A stretch of 51,673 nucleotides of DNA, filler included, from Streblomastix strix (taxonomy: Eukaryota): assembly GCA_008636045.1 (NCBI GenBank). It is 2 parts of 2 records of this genome, joined end to end, with 100 filler letters (N's around TTAATTAATTAA, not from the genome) between each part and the next. Parts side by side here need not be neighbours in the genome. Positions count along the whole stretch, not along the records: positions 1 to 25,825 come from SNRW01000191.1; 1 more part is not named here. One strand, 5' to 3'. The notes under the pieces are model-generated. The model did not search any database and had not been told where the DNA came from. It saw only the letters and a program-made list of their open reading frames with translations. Positions 1-13,400 of this stretch are shown piece after piece (the first letter of the stretch is position 1; every line of letters starts with the position of its first letter). Made by a program: the position numbers and the translations under genes.

Positions 1-3000
1 ATGTCTCAGTCTTACCAGTTCCAGCTGGTCCAGCAGGTGCACCTCCTAATTTAAGATGCAGTGCAGATGTGAGTGTGATATAACATTGATCTGTAAGTGG
101 GGTTATAACAAGACGTGGAGTACAACCCAAATATTCAAATCCGTATTTAAATGAGGAATTTGTTTATCTGAATATAAATGATGAAAAAAAAAATTAAATA
201 TATTTACTATTTAATTAATGCTAATATTTTCTTTTTGTTATTTATATTCCTATACCTAATCATGCATGTATCTTCCTTCTAATCCCAATAATATCTCAAT
301 CTTTTTGCCCAATCAAAATCCTATTAATTATAATATTAATATAAGTTTTAAAAATTAATATTAATTGTTTATATTTACAATTATGAATTAGTTGAATACT
401 TGAGCTGATATAACATTATCTCTATTAAGCTCATCCACAATATCTCTGGCATGGACTTCAATAACAATGAGAGCACCAACAGATACCTTTTCAAATATAA
501 TAATACAATAATACAATCAAATATATATTAAGTAATCTTTATACACTTTATAATGGTTCTAATCTTCCTCGAGCTAAGTCTGTAAGTAGATCCAATTATT
601 ATTCACATTTTTATATCATTTTCCTATATTATAATATAAAATGAATAAAATAAATACTCTTTTGGATTTCTTTCTTCTTAATCGTATTTTTCATTAAAAT
701 TCTAACAAACTTTAATTCATCTTAAGGTTTATCATTTGAAAGAGCTTATTCCATTTAAGATACCCATAAAATTTATGCTCCTATTTATTTGTATAGAGAA
801 TTTTAACATAAATGATCATGAATAAATTATTAACAATAAAATAATACCAGCTATTGCTAATTAAGCTTTGGTTTATAAAATCCATTATTATCTTGCATTA
901 GTTGTTGCTAATAGAGCATTTTCATCTCTAAATTGGATACATAGCAAATGAAATAAAAGGAATAATTTACAATTAAATTTATCTCCCATTCAATTAATTA
1001 TAACTTATTTATATTCATACTTATCGGCATCCCTATGTTTCTTAGCTGGAGGTTTATTAACAATTTCAAATAACTTCTTTACTGCTTATCTTAACAATGA
1101 ATGAAGTGTTTTAAACATTGATGTTTCTACCATTCTGAGCCAAACTTCCACAGGTTTCGATCTTGGATTCACTTTCTCTTCACCAAATGGAACTGATTCT
1201 CCTTCTGATGAAACCATTGCAACAACCTAAAATAGAATAATAATAAATTAATTACAATAAATAATAATAATTTTAATTATTTATTTATATACTTCAATCT
1301 TTCTTAGATCATCCATGGATGTAAATTCTAGAGTTTTTATATTGTCAAATAATTTATTCATATATGGCATGACCTAAATAATAAAATATAATTAAAAATA
1401 ATAATTAGAAAATAATTTAAGTTCAATTATCTATATTTATAATATTAACAAAACATTAATTGGATTCTTCCCTTCTTTTAATATTTCTAACAAATCATCA
1501 TTTGGTAAGAAGAAAAATCTACCAAAAGCAGCTCTTTTTGTATTTAATAATCCATTAAGTGCGACCTATAATAGGAATATATATATGTATGAATGATTAA
1601 TATGGTGAAAAAGAATAAAATGTGAATATAATTAACATACTTAAATCTAATCAAGAGTTGAGTTGTGTTATTTGAAGATAGATGCAAGACCAGGTTATTA
1701 AGATGCCCTCAGCGCACCTAAATAAAAATAATTGTAATAATATTAGAAATTAATTATAATGTTTTACTTTACATTTATCCAATAAATAATTTATATTTAT
1801 ATTTACAATACCAGGAAATTCATGAGTTCTTCTCATAAATTCATGCCAAAATTTATTACATTCATGAAACTTCTTAACAAAATCCTATTGTTAAAATAAA
1901 ATATAGTAAAATAAAAAATGTATTTTCGATCTTCAATTTAATGATTACATCTTTTATACCTTCAACAATTCATCACTTTAAAAAACGGGTTCTAATGCAA
2001 TCCATTTTTATTAGAATTATAACCATTATTCTAAGACTTCGTTAAATGTTGCTAATCTATTTAATACATAAATGAAGATTTAGAAAGAAGATTGAGTTTG
2101 ATATTTCACATCTCATTTAATATAAACACCTTGAAGCCCAAAAATCAACTTATTCTTTTATTGGAGCAGCAAATCTTGAACCTTTAATTGTTTCTAGTGT
2201 TACCTAAAATATTTAATTAAAAGGATATTAAGTTAATTAAATATTTTTAATATGAAAAAATAAATTTCTAATTCGAAATTATTTAAAGTTAATTGGTTTA
2301 ACTTATGAATCATCATATTCTCTAAGAAGTTCATCTACTTCAACAAGGAGAAAAGATTCATTTCTAAATGGTTTAGTCTTAACCTAAAAAATTAATAAAC
2401 AATTGAAAAGAATAAAAATATTAGATATTAGGATAAAAATAAAAAAATAAAATCGCATTTATTTTCAAAATGTTAAATACACCTCCAAAACTGTCCATTT
2501 TTCAATAATTTTATGTAACATGTCAGTTAGCACTGCTTCACTTGATGCTTCTTCACTTATTTATGCGATTTCAATCTAAATAACATTAAAATTATGTGAA
2601 ATAGAAGAATATGTGATTATAATGGATTAATAAATAGTAAAATACATTAATAATTTAAATACCTTTTTATCCATAACTCCTTAATCTAATAACCATCCTA
2701 ATGTGAAGTTTTAGTCCCAAGGAGCTGATGATCCTATTAATTAATATAAAATTGAATATGGAGAAGAAATTAAGCAGTTTATTTATAATATCCTTAAAGT
2801 AAATATGTGAATAAACCTGATATCGTGTCTCTGATTCTCATCCAATGATGAGTTTTGAGATCAACATTCTTTAATGCTTCTATAATTGGCATTGTTCCCT
2901 ATTAGAAAATATAAAGAAAGTATTTTGAATAAGAATTATCTTTATTTAAATTAATTTATTTTTTATCTCAATTCTTCTTAATATACTTCAAATTCTTTAA

Positions 3001-6000
3001 TCTTTTATCTAAGATGCTATAAAACAACATTTGGCTCCATATCCCTTTCTAATTAACCAGCTACTTTTAGATATTTAATAAATGATGCCTTTGATGAATA
3101 ATAAAATAAATATAAATATGATAAAATGGATGTATGATATAAAAAATTTAATAATGTAATAACACACCTATACACTATCTCTATTCATCTCCATTAAAGG
3201 CTGACCTTTCCATTCAATAACCTGAATATAAATATAATAAGTATCAAAGATGAATTAGTTAATTGTAAACATCAATTTCAATTGTTTTTTTATTTGCAAT
3301 ATATTTTTCTTCATAAACCTTATTTGTCCAATCAACCAAAGATTACCATAGCAATTTTTTCTATTTCACTACCTTTTCCACTTCAGCTAAATCTTCCCAT
3401 CTATATTATATAATATAATTCAATTAATTATAGTGAGATCGTGGTAATTGAAAATTTTTATTTTCTTTTAATTCTTCAGTTTTTCTCTATAAATTATTTG
3501 TTTTCATACTTTTCTTATGAAGCATTAAATAACTTTTAATAAGATTATGATTTATCAGCTTCTTCCCTTTTTTGTGTTATTTTTTCTAATATTTTATCTA
3601 TTTCTTATAAATTTGCATCCATATCCTAATAATTAAAGAATAAAATAAAAAAAAGTAATTAAAATTGAATGAATACTATTAAAATAAAAATAATATTTTT
3701 ATACTTAAGGGTTAATAAGTAAGTGCGGTTCTTCAATTTCAGATTTTAATTATGATATTTCTTTTTTCATATCCTTTATTTATGCACTTAATTATGAATT
3801 AAATTTCTAAGTTTATTCATCTAAAGTTGCCTATTATTAAAGAATCAAACAGATAAAATGAATGAAAGTGTTATTAGTACATTAATATTAAATTTTTATA
3901 TTTATAATATCCAATAATTATATCAAACTTCAGTGTTCATAGTCAGAGAAGATAATTAAGACATTCCCTTTTCCATTAATTACAAATTAGCTTAATCGGC
4001 ATTTGATATTTCAATGCTATAATCCCTAATAAGTTAATAGAATGCTTCAACTGTATCATAATTGTGCCGAAGTTGGATCTTTAGAAAATAAATTATACAA
4101 AATATATAAAATATAAAAAATGAATAACTGTTATTTACATTTCAAATTCTTATTAAGTTAAAATGAATTTGTTCATATTATTTATATAATACCTAATTTC
4201 CCTAAATTTGAGTAACAGCCTCTAAATATGAAGCATATTATTCAACATTTTCCGGAGTTGTACTCATAACTTAAAATGCGTCTCTAACCTAATGAATCAT
4301 ATAAAGTATATTAATATGTATATAATATAATGATTAAAAATAAAATAATGTACTTCATTTGCATGAGATCCACGTTTTTCAGCAGCAATATCAGGAAGAA
4401 GCTAATATTAAAAATGATTAATAAATAAAAAACATTTTTAAAAAATGTTGATTTTCTTTCCAATACAATATTTTTCTTTTTAATAATAATATACTTCATG
4501 CATCATAGTAATACATTCAGTTGCAGATTTAGCAACTGCATCTTTCAAAGATACAACAAGTATATTAAACATTCCAACCTATTTACAATTAAATAATAAA
4601 TAGTGAGTATACAAATGAATTAATGAAAAAAAGTGAAATTTAATTTCTATATATAAATATTAAAATAATTAATAAACTTCATAATGATCTGGAAGATTAG
4701 TAGCATCGGATAATTAAGCAGTATGATTATCTAGAGCTTCTGCAAACCAATTAGTTGGTGGATCTCTTATTCGAATTTCACTAAAAAAAATTAAATTAAA
4801 CGAATAAAAATAAAAATTTATACAAAAGTCATTAAATTCATATTGTCCAAATAACTATAATTGCAATCATACTGACCATCCACAACTTTATTGGCCAAAT
4901 ATATTTTAAGAAATGGTCTAAATTTGGTTGCGTGTTCAATTACTACATAATAATAAGTAAGAGATAGTGAAAAAGTAATAAATTTAAATATATTAATGTA
5001 TATATCTAGGTTTATATATAATATTTATTTACAATACCCGTAGAGAATCCATTAAGCAATGTTCTTCCAACATCTAATTTCAACTCTATTAATTGTTTAT
5101 CTTATTATAACCTTTCCCCTAAAATAGTGGCAACTGATTCACCAGCTTCTTCTTCATCATCATCATCTCCTTATCCACCTTCTCCTTCTTATTCTTATTC
5201 TCCTTACATTTACTATGTTTATTCTTTCTTTTCATCATCTCCTTATAATATTAATATTAATATAATATTATTATATAATATAATATAATTATATAATATA
5301 ATTATATGGTAAGTATTATTTAATGTACCTCCTTGTCCTTATCCCATATCATTTCCAGCTGCAAATGTTGTGTATGTTTTAAATGTTGGAGAGAGAAGAG
5401 ATCTTTCCCTTGAAAATACATCATTTACAAATCTATTATATAATAAATAAATAAAATATGATGAATAATTGAAAATATGAAATTAATGCCTTTATATTTA
5501 AGCAGTAATACAGCCATCAAAATCATCTCCATTATGAGCTAAATGAAGATGGTCATCCTAATATAGAAAAAATTAAGATATAAATTTTTCATATAAATTA
5601 CTTAATTTATATATTAATAAATTTAAATATTTAATTGTTAATGATTTACTATAAAATACTTCAATTAATAATTCAGTTTCAAATAAAGGTGGAAGAACCG
5701 TTTCTAAATTTTCATCTCCATATTCATCTAAATTTAATTTATCTTCATCTTCTTGTTGTTGATCTTTAAAATAAATAATAAATAATATGAACAATATTAT
5801 CTTAATTGTATTTAAATTATTTTCTATAATAAATACCATCCTATTGATCCAACCCAGATATTTATTTTTTACTCTTTTTTCCTCTCATCATTGCATTTGT
5901 AGCCTAATTAATATATAATACATATAGAATATCAATATATAATAATAATATATTTCATTAATTATAAATACTTTGCTTAATGCTCTTCTTACTGCTCTCT

Positions 6001-9000
6001 ACTGTCTAACACGATCCAATGCAGGCAATTGAGGAATTGAAGGTCTTTCTCTTCTTGTTCTCCTTCTGAGTGTGGATAGAAGATCTGATGTGGCCTTTAA
6101 TGGTGAGTAAATACATATCGAGTAAAGATATTTTATTGAAATAAAGAATATTAATATTTTCTTATCTTTTAATTACATATTTCAATGCAAACTTAAACAA
6201 TTAGATGATGTTAAACATCCATTACAATATAATCACAAGTTCTAATGAATGAAGTTAATCTTTTATATTCCAATCTCTTCTCCGCCATTCTTGTATAACT
6301 CATTCCTTCTTCTTTATGCGCCTATTCTATATGATATATGTTATATATTATATATAAAATTGTATATCAATAATAATATAAGAAATATAGTTAAGTAATA
6401 TAGAAATATAATATATTATATTTCTTTTATCTCCATATTTATCATACAATCCTTTCTAGGTCCTCCAATCAATGCAGCTGCCTATTATCCTAATGACATA
6501 TTTGCCTTAATTATAGATACACTACCTCCAGATATTGACATATTCTATTATTAAGATGGTGCATTAATCTATTAATTTTATTATTGTTTTTATTGAGTGG
6601 TATTATTCATTTATTATTATTATTATTATCCTTGTTAATGAAATGTAACATGTCTAGCTGAAGATGAATTTCTAGCATCACTTTCATCTCCTTTCTATTT
6701 CCTTTTCCTTTCTTCTTAATTACTTTCTTAATCATTATATTCATCATCATTATTATCTTCTGACTTATCTAAATCTTATTTATCTCCTCCTCTGGTTAAT
6801 GGTCTATCTTTATCTGCATTAATTGTGAATATTAAATGGATTGAATATACTGAATAGTAAATATTGATATATACATACCTATAAATATACTCTCAATTGC
6901 TGCTGCTTTATCATAAAATCCTTTATCTCTCAATACCTGTAATAAAACAGATAAATACAATTAATAAGCAACAATTAGTATCTAATATTGTCTATCATTA
7001 TAATACTCATACTTCCAAACAAGCATTCTTAACTAAATCTTCTATTTCTTCTTCAAATTTTAATAATTTTTCTCTAAATTTTTCGCTTTATTTATCCATT
7101 TCTTCCTGTTAAATACGAAAAGATAATAAATGATTATTTTAATAATGAATAATTATGATAATTTTTCATTTATTTTTTAATATTTTCCCATTGTCCATAT
7201 TATTCATATTATTTATATAAATAATTATTTATAATAATATACTTAGAATTCATCTAATCTATAAGTCTTCTTCTCATCAGTTCTAAACATTGGAGTCTTT
7301 CTGAATCTCAAACATGCTGCCTGTTATATACAAAAAATGATGAATCAATAAATGGTTTATCTAATCAACATATTTATATATTCTTCTACATATTATATAT
7401 GTATTATATATCTTCATTTCTATTCAATAATAACTATAATAATTATAATACATGTATTATATAATATACTTTTACAGTAACCAGAGTCTTGTGAAGTGGT
7501 CTGGAAGAGAGGAAATGAGCTATTGTAAGTAATTGATTTGATTTTGCTACTCTTCTTCTCCTATTATTAAAATAAAATAAAGCATTATTATTAATTATTA
7601 ATTATTATTAATTATTAATTATTATTAATTATTATTATGTATACCTTGCATATGATTCCCAAGCAGCATAACATCTCCATAATCTAAAATCTCTAAACAT
7701 TGGCATGTTTGATACCAAGTTAAATAATCTATATAATAATAATATATAAATAAATAAGCATATTGATCAATAAATACATTGATAAAATAAAAATAATATA
7801 TCATATCATGGTGATAATAGAAATAATATATAATAATTTATTTTAACCTTCTTTCATTCAACCATTTAGACATATTACAATATTCACTTTCAAGCCCATA
7901 ATAATGTGTTATTCCCTAATTAATTAATAAATAAATAATATACAAACAAACAAATAAATAAAATAGTAAAATTAATTACTAATTTTATCATCTATTATCT
8001 TTTCATATATATATTATTATTTTTGTTATGTGTTTTCTATTAATATTCAGTTGATGTTATTTAAAATATATCAATATATACTTATGCTGAAGCTGTAAAG
8101 AATGATTTAGGATCTTTTTATTCATGGCTTATAATACACATATCATATGGATTAAATACATCATATGGACCAGCAGCAATCTAATATAACACAATAAATA
8201 AATAAATAAGAATAAGTGAAATAAACAAATATCATTCAAAGTATTTTTTACTCTTATTATTACAACCTTACAATATACAAATTCAAGACTTGGTTTCTAT
8301 TGCTAATATAGACGCTCAAGAAATGTAAGAATAGATCCATTATCTATTATACATAACAATAATAAATAAATTAATATAATAGATATGATCATTATAATAA
8401 TTAATATTATATATAATATTATATATAATATAATATATATTATATATAATATAATATAATATACTTGTTTCTCTCCCAATATCTCCAGTCTTACTCTTTT
8501 CAATATCTACTTCTTTCTTCTCCTTCTATTCTTTATCCTTATCTACATTAGTCTATTAATTAACTTGACTGAATAATGCTGCAGTTATTATTCCTTATCC
8601 TTTTCTATCATTTGGTTTAACTGGAAAATTTATTGAATTACGCATTTCTTTAGAAGTTAATGTAATAAAATACAAAAGATGCAAATATATAATTGATATT
8701 TAGAAATAGTAAAATGTAATAAATTATTCACGTAATAATGAATAAACATTGAGTAGCTGATCCTGAAGCAGACGCAGCTGCAAGCATTGCCATCTTTTGT
8801 CTCAGAGGTTAAGGAATGTAGTTTCCAGCTGTACCAACTCTTGTTACTGGAGCTAATCTAATGGGATATGATGGATATAAATAATATAATGCAAAATGAA
8901 GATATTAAATTGATCAAACTATGTACTATCTTCTCCAATATGATTATCCCGCATGAAAGATGCATCAACAGATTTACGCATGTTTGGTGAGGGAGGTTTT

Positions 9001-9524
9001 GTGATAAATGTTCTGATATATTGCAAATTAAATAATAAAACTAATTTACTAATGAATATAATAACAACAATCAAACGCTTCAAAGGTACTATTCATTCCA
9101 GGGTATCTTGGAGGGATCTTTGTAGAGTTGCGTCCTTGAGTATTTGAAGGAGAGAAGGATCTTTATTATTATGATGTCTATTATAGGGATGAAGGAGGTA
9201 TCTAATCTTATGGAAATGGGGATTATGATTTGGATCGAGCTGAACGAGTGCCTGGACGAATGGCAATGTTTACAGTTAGTGGTTTATCAGCCTTAATCAA
9301 ATAAAAAGATAATTATAAGTAATGAGTAAGATAATTATAATATATTATAATAAATAATATACATTATTATTAACTGGGTGTTGAGGAATTCCACTTGGAA
9401 ACTTTGCTTATCCTTAGTTTCGTAAGATGTATCCTCCCGAGTAAAGACGTTGAGTTAATTCAGTTGGATTTACAAGGTTTTGCTAACGCAAAATATCTTC
9501 TATACCTTTCTTTCTTCTAATCAT
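1..9524 (-). CDS. DNAH6: Axonemal (inner-arm, DNAH6-like) dynein heavy chain; multi-exon, 3'-truncated at window start
   Basis: With TAR=Gln and GT-AG splicing it gives [29 protein letters not shown]...[18 protein letters not shown] (AAA1 Walker A at 8-31). Other conserved motifs are [38 protein letters not shown] and [17 protein letters not shown]. The N-terminal [33 protein letters not shown] pattern resembles DNAH6-type tails. Probable ATG at 9524 ([12 protein letters not shown]). The subtype call is less certain than the family call. Confidence 0.95.
7584..7637. repeat. Intronic (TTATTAA/TTA)n simple repeat
   Basis: Visible tandem attattaattatta units inside a dynein intron. Confidence 0.7.
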
Positions 9525-10494
9525 AACCTACAACGACTAAAAAATAGTTAAATATATAAATATATTAATTTTATGATTTAAAGCATATTATAAATTCAAA
9601 TAGAAATAAATAAAAATAATAAAATATTTAAAATTATTATAAAATATAAATAAAAAATTAAAAAAATTAAAAAGGTTGAACCAGAAAATTGTAAAATATT
9701 AAAGATATTTTGTGATATTTAAAATTTTCATCTGTACATATTTATTTATTGTATGGTGTTATAAAAAATAATTAAAAAAGTGAAATATATATATATATTA
9801 TATGCTATTAAAATTAATTAGAGTATGATAAGTGGGAAAATGAAAAAATAAAAATAAAAATAAATCCGAAATATGGATTATAGATATTTAGTTTGAAAAT
9901 TAAACGACTCTAATAGCAAGATCTAAAGAGTGTTATTCGTTAATTTCGATTCAATTATAATATTTCAAGTTTTTATCAAGCGAATTAAAATATACAAAAA
10001 TATTACAAATAAATAAATAGTATTTATTCTATATAGTTTATATATGTTATATAGAATGAACATGTGCAGATGGTGAATCAGTAAAAATTCCCGTTTTTTT
10101 TCCGCCTTTACACCAGTGCAAACTATTTATTTGCAAAATTATTCTTCATATTTATTTAAATTATAAATGTATTTATTATTACAATAATATTTATGCTAAC
10201 TTTACACATTAATTTAAATCAAAAAATATAAAATCGCGTTTATGCATATAATTCTTGATTAAGCAGTCTTCAATCTATCGAAATCAGACAATGAAATTGA
10301 ATAGAATGAAAGATTTGATTTATTCACATCAACACATACTTTTATTTCCACCAAAAAACCGAATTTTTGAATATTTTTAACATCTCTATTACAAATGCTT
10401 TATAATGAATTTTTTGTGTTAAATATTAAACTCTAAATATCAAAATATATTTTTTATATTTCTGATAATATATTTTTTTGAAATAGACATCAAA

Positions 10495-13400
10495 ATGCAA
10501 ATTGTCAATATTATACTGTTGTGTATAGTGTTTTCTCAGGAAATCTTTTGTACTAATAGTAATCATCCTCAGGATTCAATCAAATAAGGGTAAAACTTGC
10601 CAATAGACCGTCAAAATAATGATTTTGGTACAACACATTTTATTATTGATATCAAAATATTTTTGCTTCTTATGTTCGTTTACTAAAATGAAATCCAGAT
10701 TCTTGTTCAAGTGATTTTTACAATTCAAGTGATCCAAAACCACAATTAGGTCCATTGCACCTGTGGAATAGTTAATTAGAAGATTGGATCAATGTCTGTT
10801 ATACTGTAGTGTTCAATGCTTCTGGTAACAACAATAATAATTTTAGATTCATATTTAGTGAAAAAACACCAATTGGACAGGAGCCACATTATTGGGTCAA
10901 AAAATATGTGTATGGAACTTACAGTGGAGGAGTACCTTAATATGTGACTGAATTTTGTATATTTATTTTTTATTATATTTACTAGTTTAAATAAATATTT
11001 TATTTTACAGTATTAGAGAATTTTGAATATGAAGAAATATATGCTGAAGATTTAGGACCCGTTTTCACTCCTTCTTCTCGAATAAGAACAACAACTTTCA
11101 TTACTGTGCACTAAGATGTCACTAAATTAACTATGCAGAATGTTATTCTAAGGTAATTATAAGCAATTTTTTATTATTATTAAATTGAATATATATTTGT
11201 CATATTTTTTTGTACATTAGAGGTTTTAATATGTAAGAGCAACCTTTAATACATTTGAGTGATTCTTTAACAGAAATAAATATTGATGGGTATACTTTTA
11301 CTTAATTATTTTATTATTATTATGTTATTTTATGATATATTCTATAGGTGCGAATTTCATAATATCCTTTTTAAGTCATAGGTATAATTAATAATAATAT
11401 ATATTACTTAATAAATGCATATATATATTCCATTCTCATTATTGTCATATGATTAAATATCATTCATTTATTATTTCATAATATAAACAGATTCTCACAC
11501 TTACATCAACACCAACTCTTGAATTAGAATGTATGAAAGGATAGTTCTGCAACAATGGCATTACATGTACAGACGGATAATGTTAAGAGACAGCTCCTGC
11601 TTCATGTCCAGGTTCTACTACTCCATATTGTGCATTGGGATTAGAAGCCAAATAAACTGGTTCTTGTTCAGTTACATCATCATCATTCTGTCAGAGTGAT
11701 GGTGATTGCCCTGATTCTGAGGAATGTGACACTTCTTCTGCTTCTTTGCTTTGCCCTGATTTAAACACGACTGATTATTCATTGCACAAATTCTGCCATG
11801 AAAACCATGATAAAGTTATATAGTCATTGAATAATACATTTTAATTGAGAGGGGCTACATTAATAGAAATTAAATCTGGTATATAAATTATTATGAGATT
11901 TTTAAAAAATTAAAGATATAAATAATATATTATTTTTGAATAACTTCTTTTTGTCTTATTTTTCTTTTATTAAATCGTTTTTTTATGAATAGGAAAACTA
12001 TTGATTCAAGACTCATATTTTCATGGTTTACTTATATAAATACTTAATAATTTGACTTTAAATTAAATGCAATGTATTATATTTTACTATATATATTTAT
12101 ACAGAAATTAATATATCAGATTGTGCTATGATTGAAGTTAAGAAGAATTGCGAAGGGATCAATATTAGGAATAGCAGATTTGAAGAAATATCACTTTAGA
12201 GAGCTTCAGATGATAAAGCTGTATGAATATGAATATATTTGGAAGTGAATGAATAAAGAAATTTTAAATTAAATGGAATTGATTAATTATTAAGATTATT
12301 ATAATTTATAAATATACACTTATTTATAATCATTAATAATGAATTTATATTAATAGGATAATCCGACTTCAATTACTCATTGTGCAGTGTTCTTTATCGA
12401 AATAAAGTTTGAATTAGATATTTTATGATTATTATAAAGAGAATTTATATTTTATATTTCAAATTATTCATTATTATAAATTTAAATTACAGAGACAATG
12501 CATTCAAACCACCTTCTTCGTATGATTTCATATTTTAAGAAGTTCAGTTTGGGAAAATATCAGTGGATAATATTAGATATATTGAAGATGCTATTAAATT
12601 GGCTAGTAAGGTTTGATATTTAATTTGTTATTGTATTATTTAATGCACATATTAACATATTTATATTAATCAGGATTTCTCAGTTTCTGATTATACAGAC
12701 AATGAAACACACACAGCCTAAGAAATGTATCAAGATGATGTCAATCAAAAAGCTCAAATGTATTATGCTCCTCTAAAAAACATCTCTAATTATGCACCTG
12801 TTTTGATATCTCTTGAATAATTCTAATATTATACTCCTTAACAACTAATATCGAATCCTTCATTAATTCCAACTCAAAATAAATCATCAGCAAATATCTA
12901 AATATCCCATGTTAGATTTGTTAATACGCAAGGTTCACATTCAGGAGCAATTGATATTAGATATAATATTGGAAAGATTAAATTGGAATAAGTAGGTTTC
13001 TTTAGTACAATTGCTGCTTGTGGGGTATGAAACATTTATTAAATAATGTTGTATAAGTGATTGGTTTTATTTATTTAATGTATATCTTCACATTATTAGA
13101 CCAATTATGTTGCAAACTCTAACTTTGGTCATGCAGTCTATTTATATGGTGATGATATGTGGGATAAAGTTAAGACTAGTAACTTCTTTAGGTATACAAT
13201 TGATAATAATATTCTATAATAATATTTAATAATCAAAACAATATCATATGCTTGAATAAATATTTATTTAATTATTACCAATTAATATAAATATTATACA
13301 TTATTTTAGGTGCTATGCACAAACATAAACTCCTTTATTTACTACTGAATCAACAAGTGGAGTTGCAAATATATCAGATTCCATATTGAAGTATGAATAA

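Noticed and set aside
1..9524. Giardia-style trans-spliced (split) dynein gene
   Set aside because: The introns inspected are ordinary cis GT-AG, and the truncation coincides with the contig end.
10100..10115. U5 snRNA loop I-like GCCTTTAC
   Set aside because: It is one T short of GCCTTTTAC and has no closing stem.
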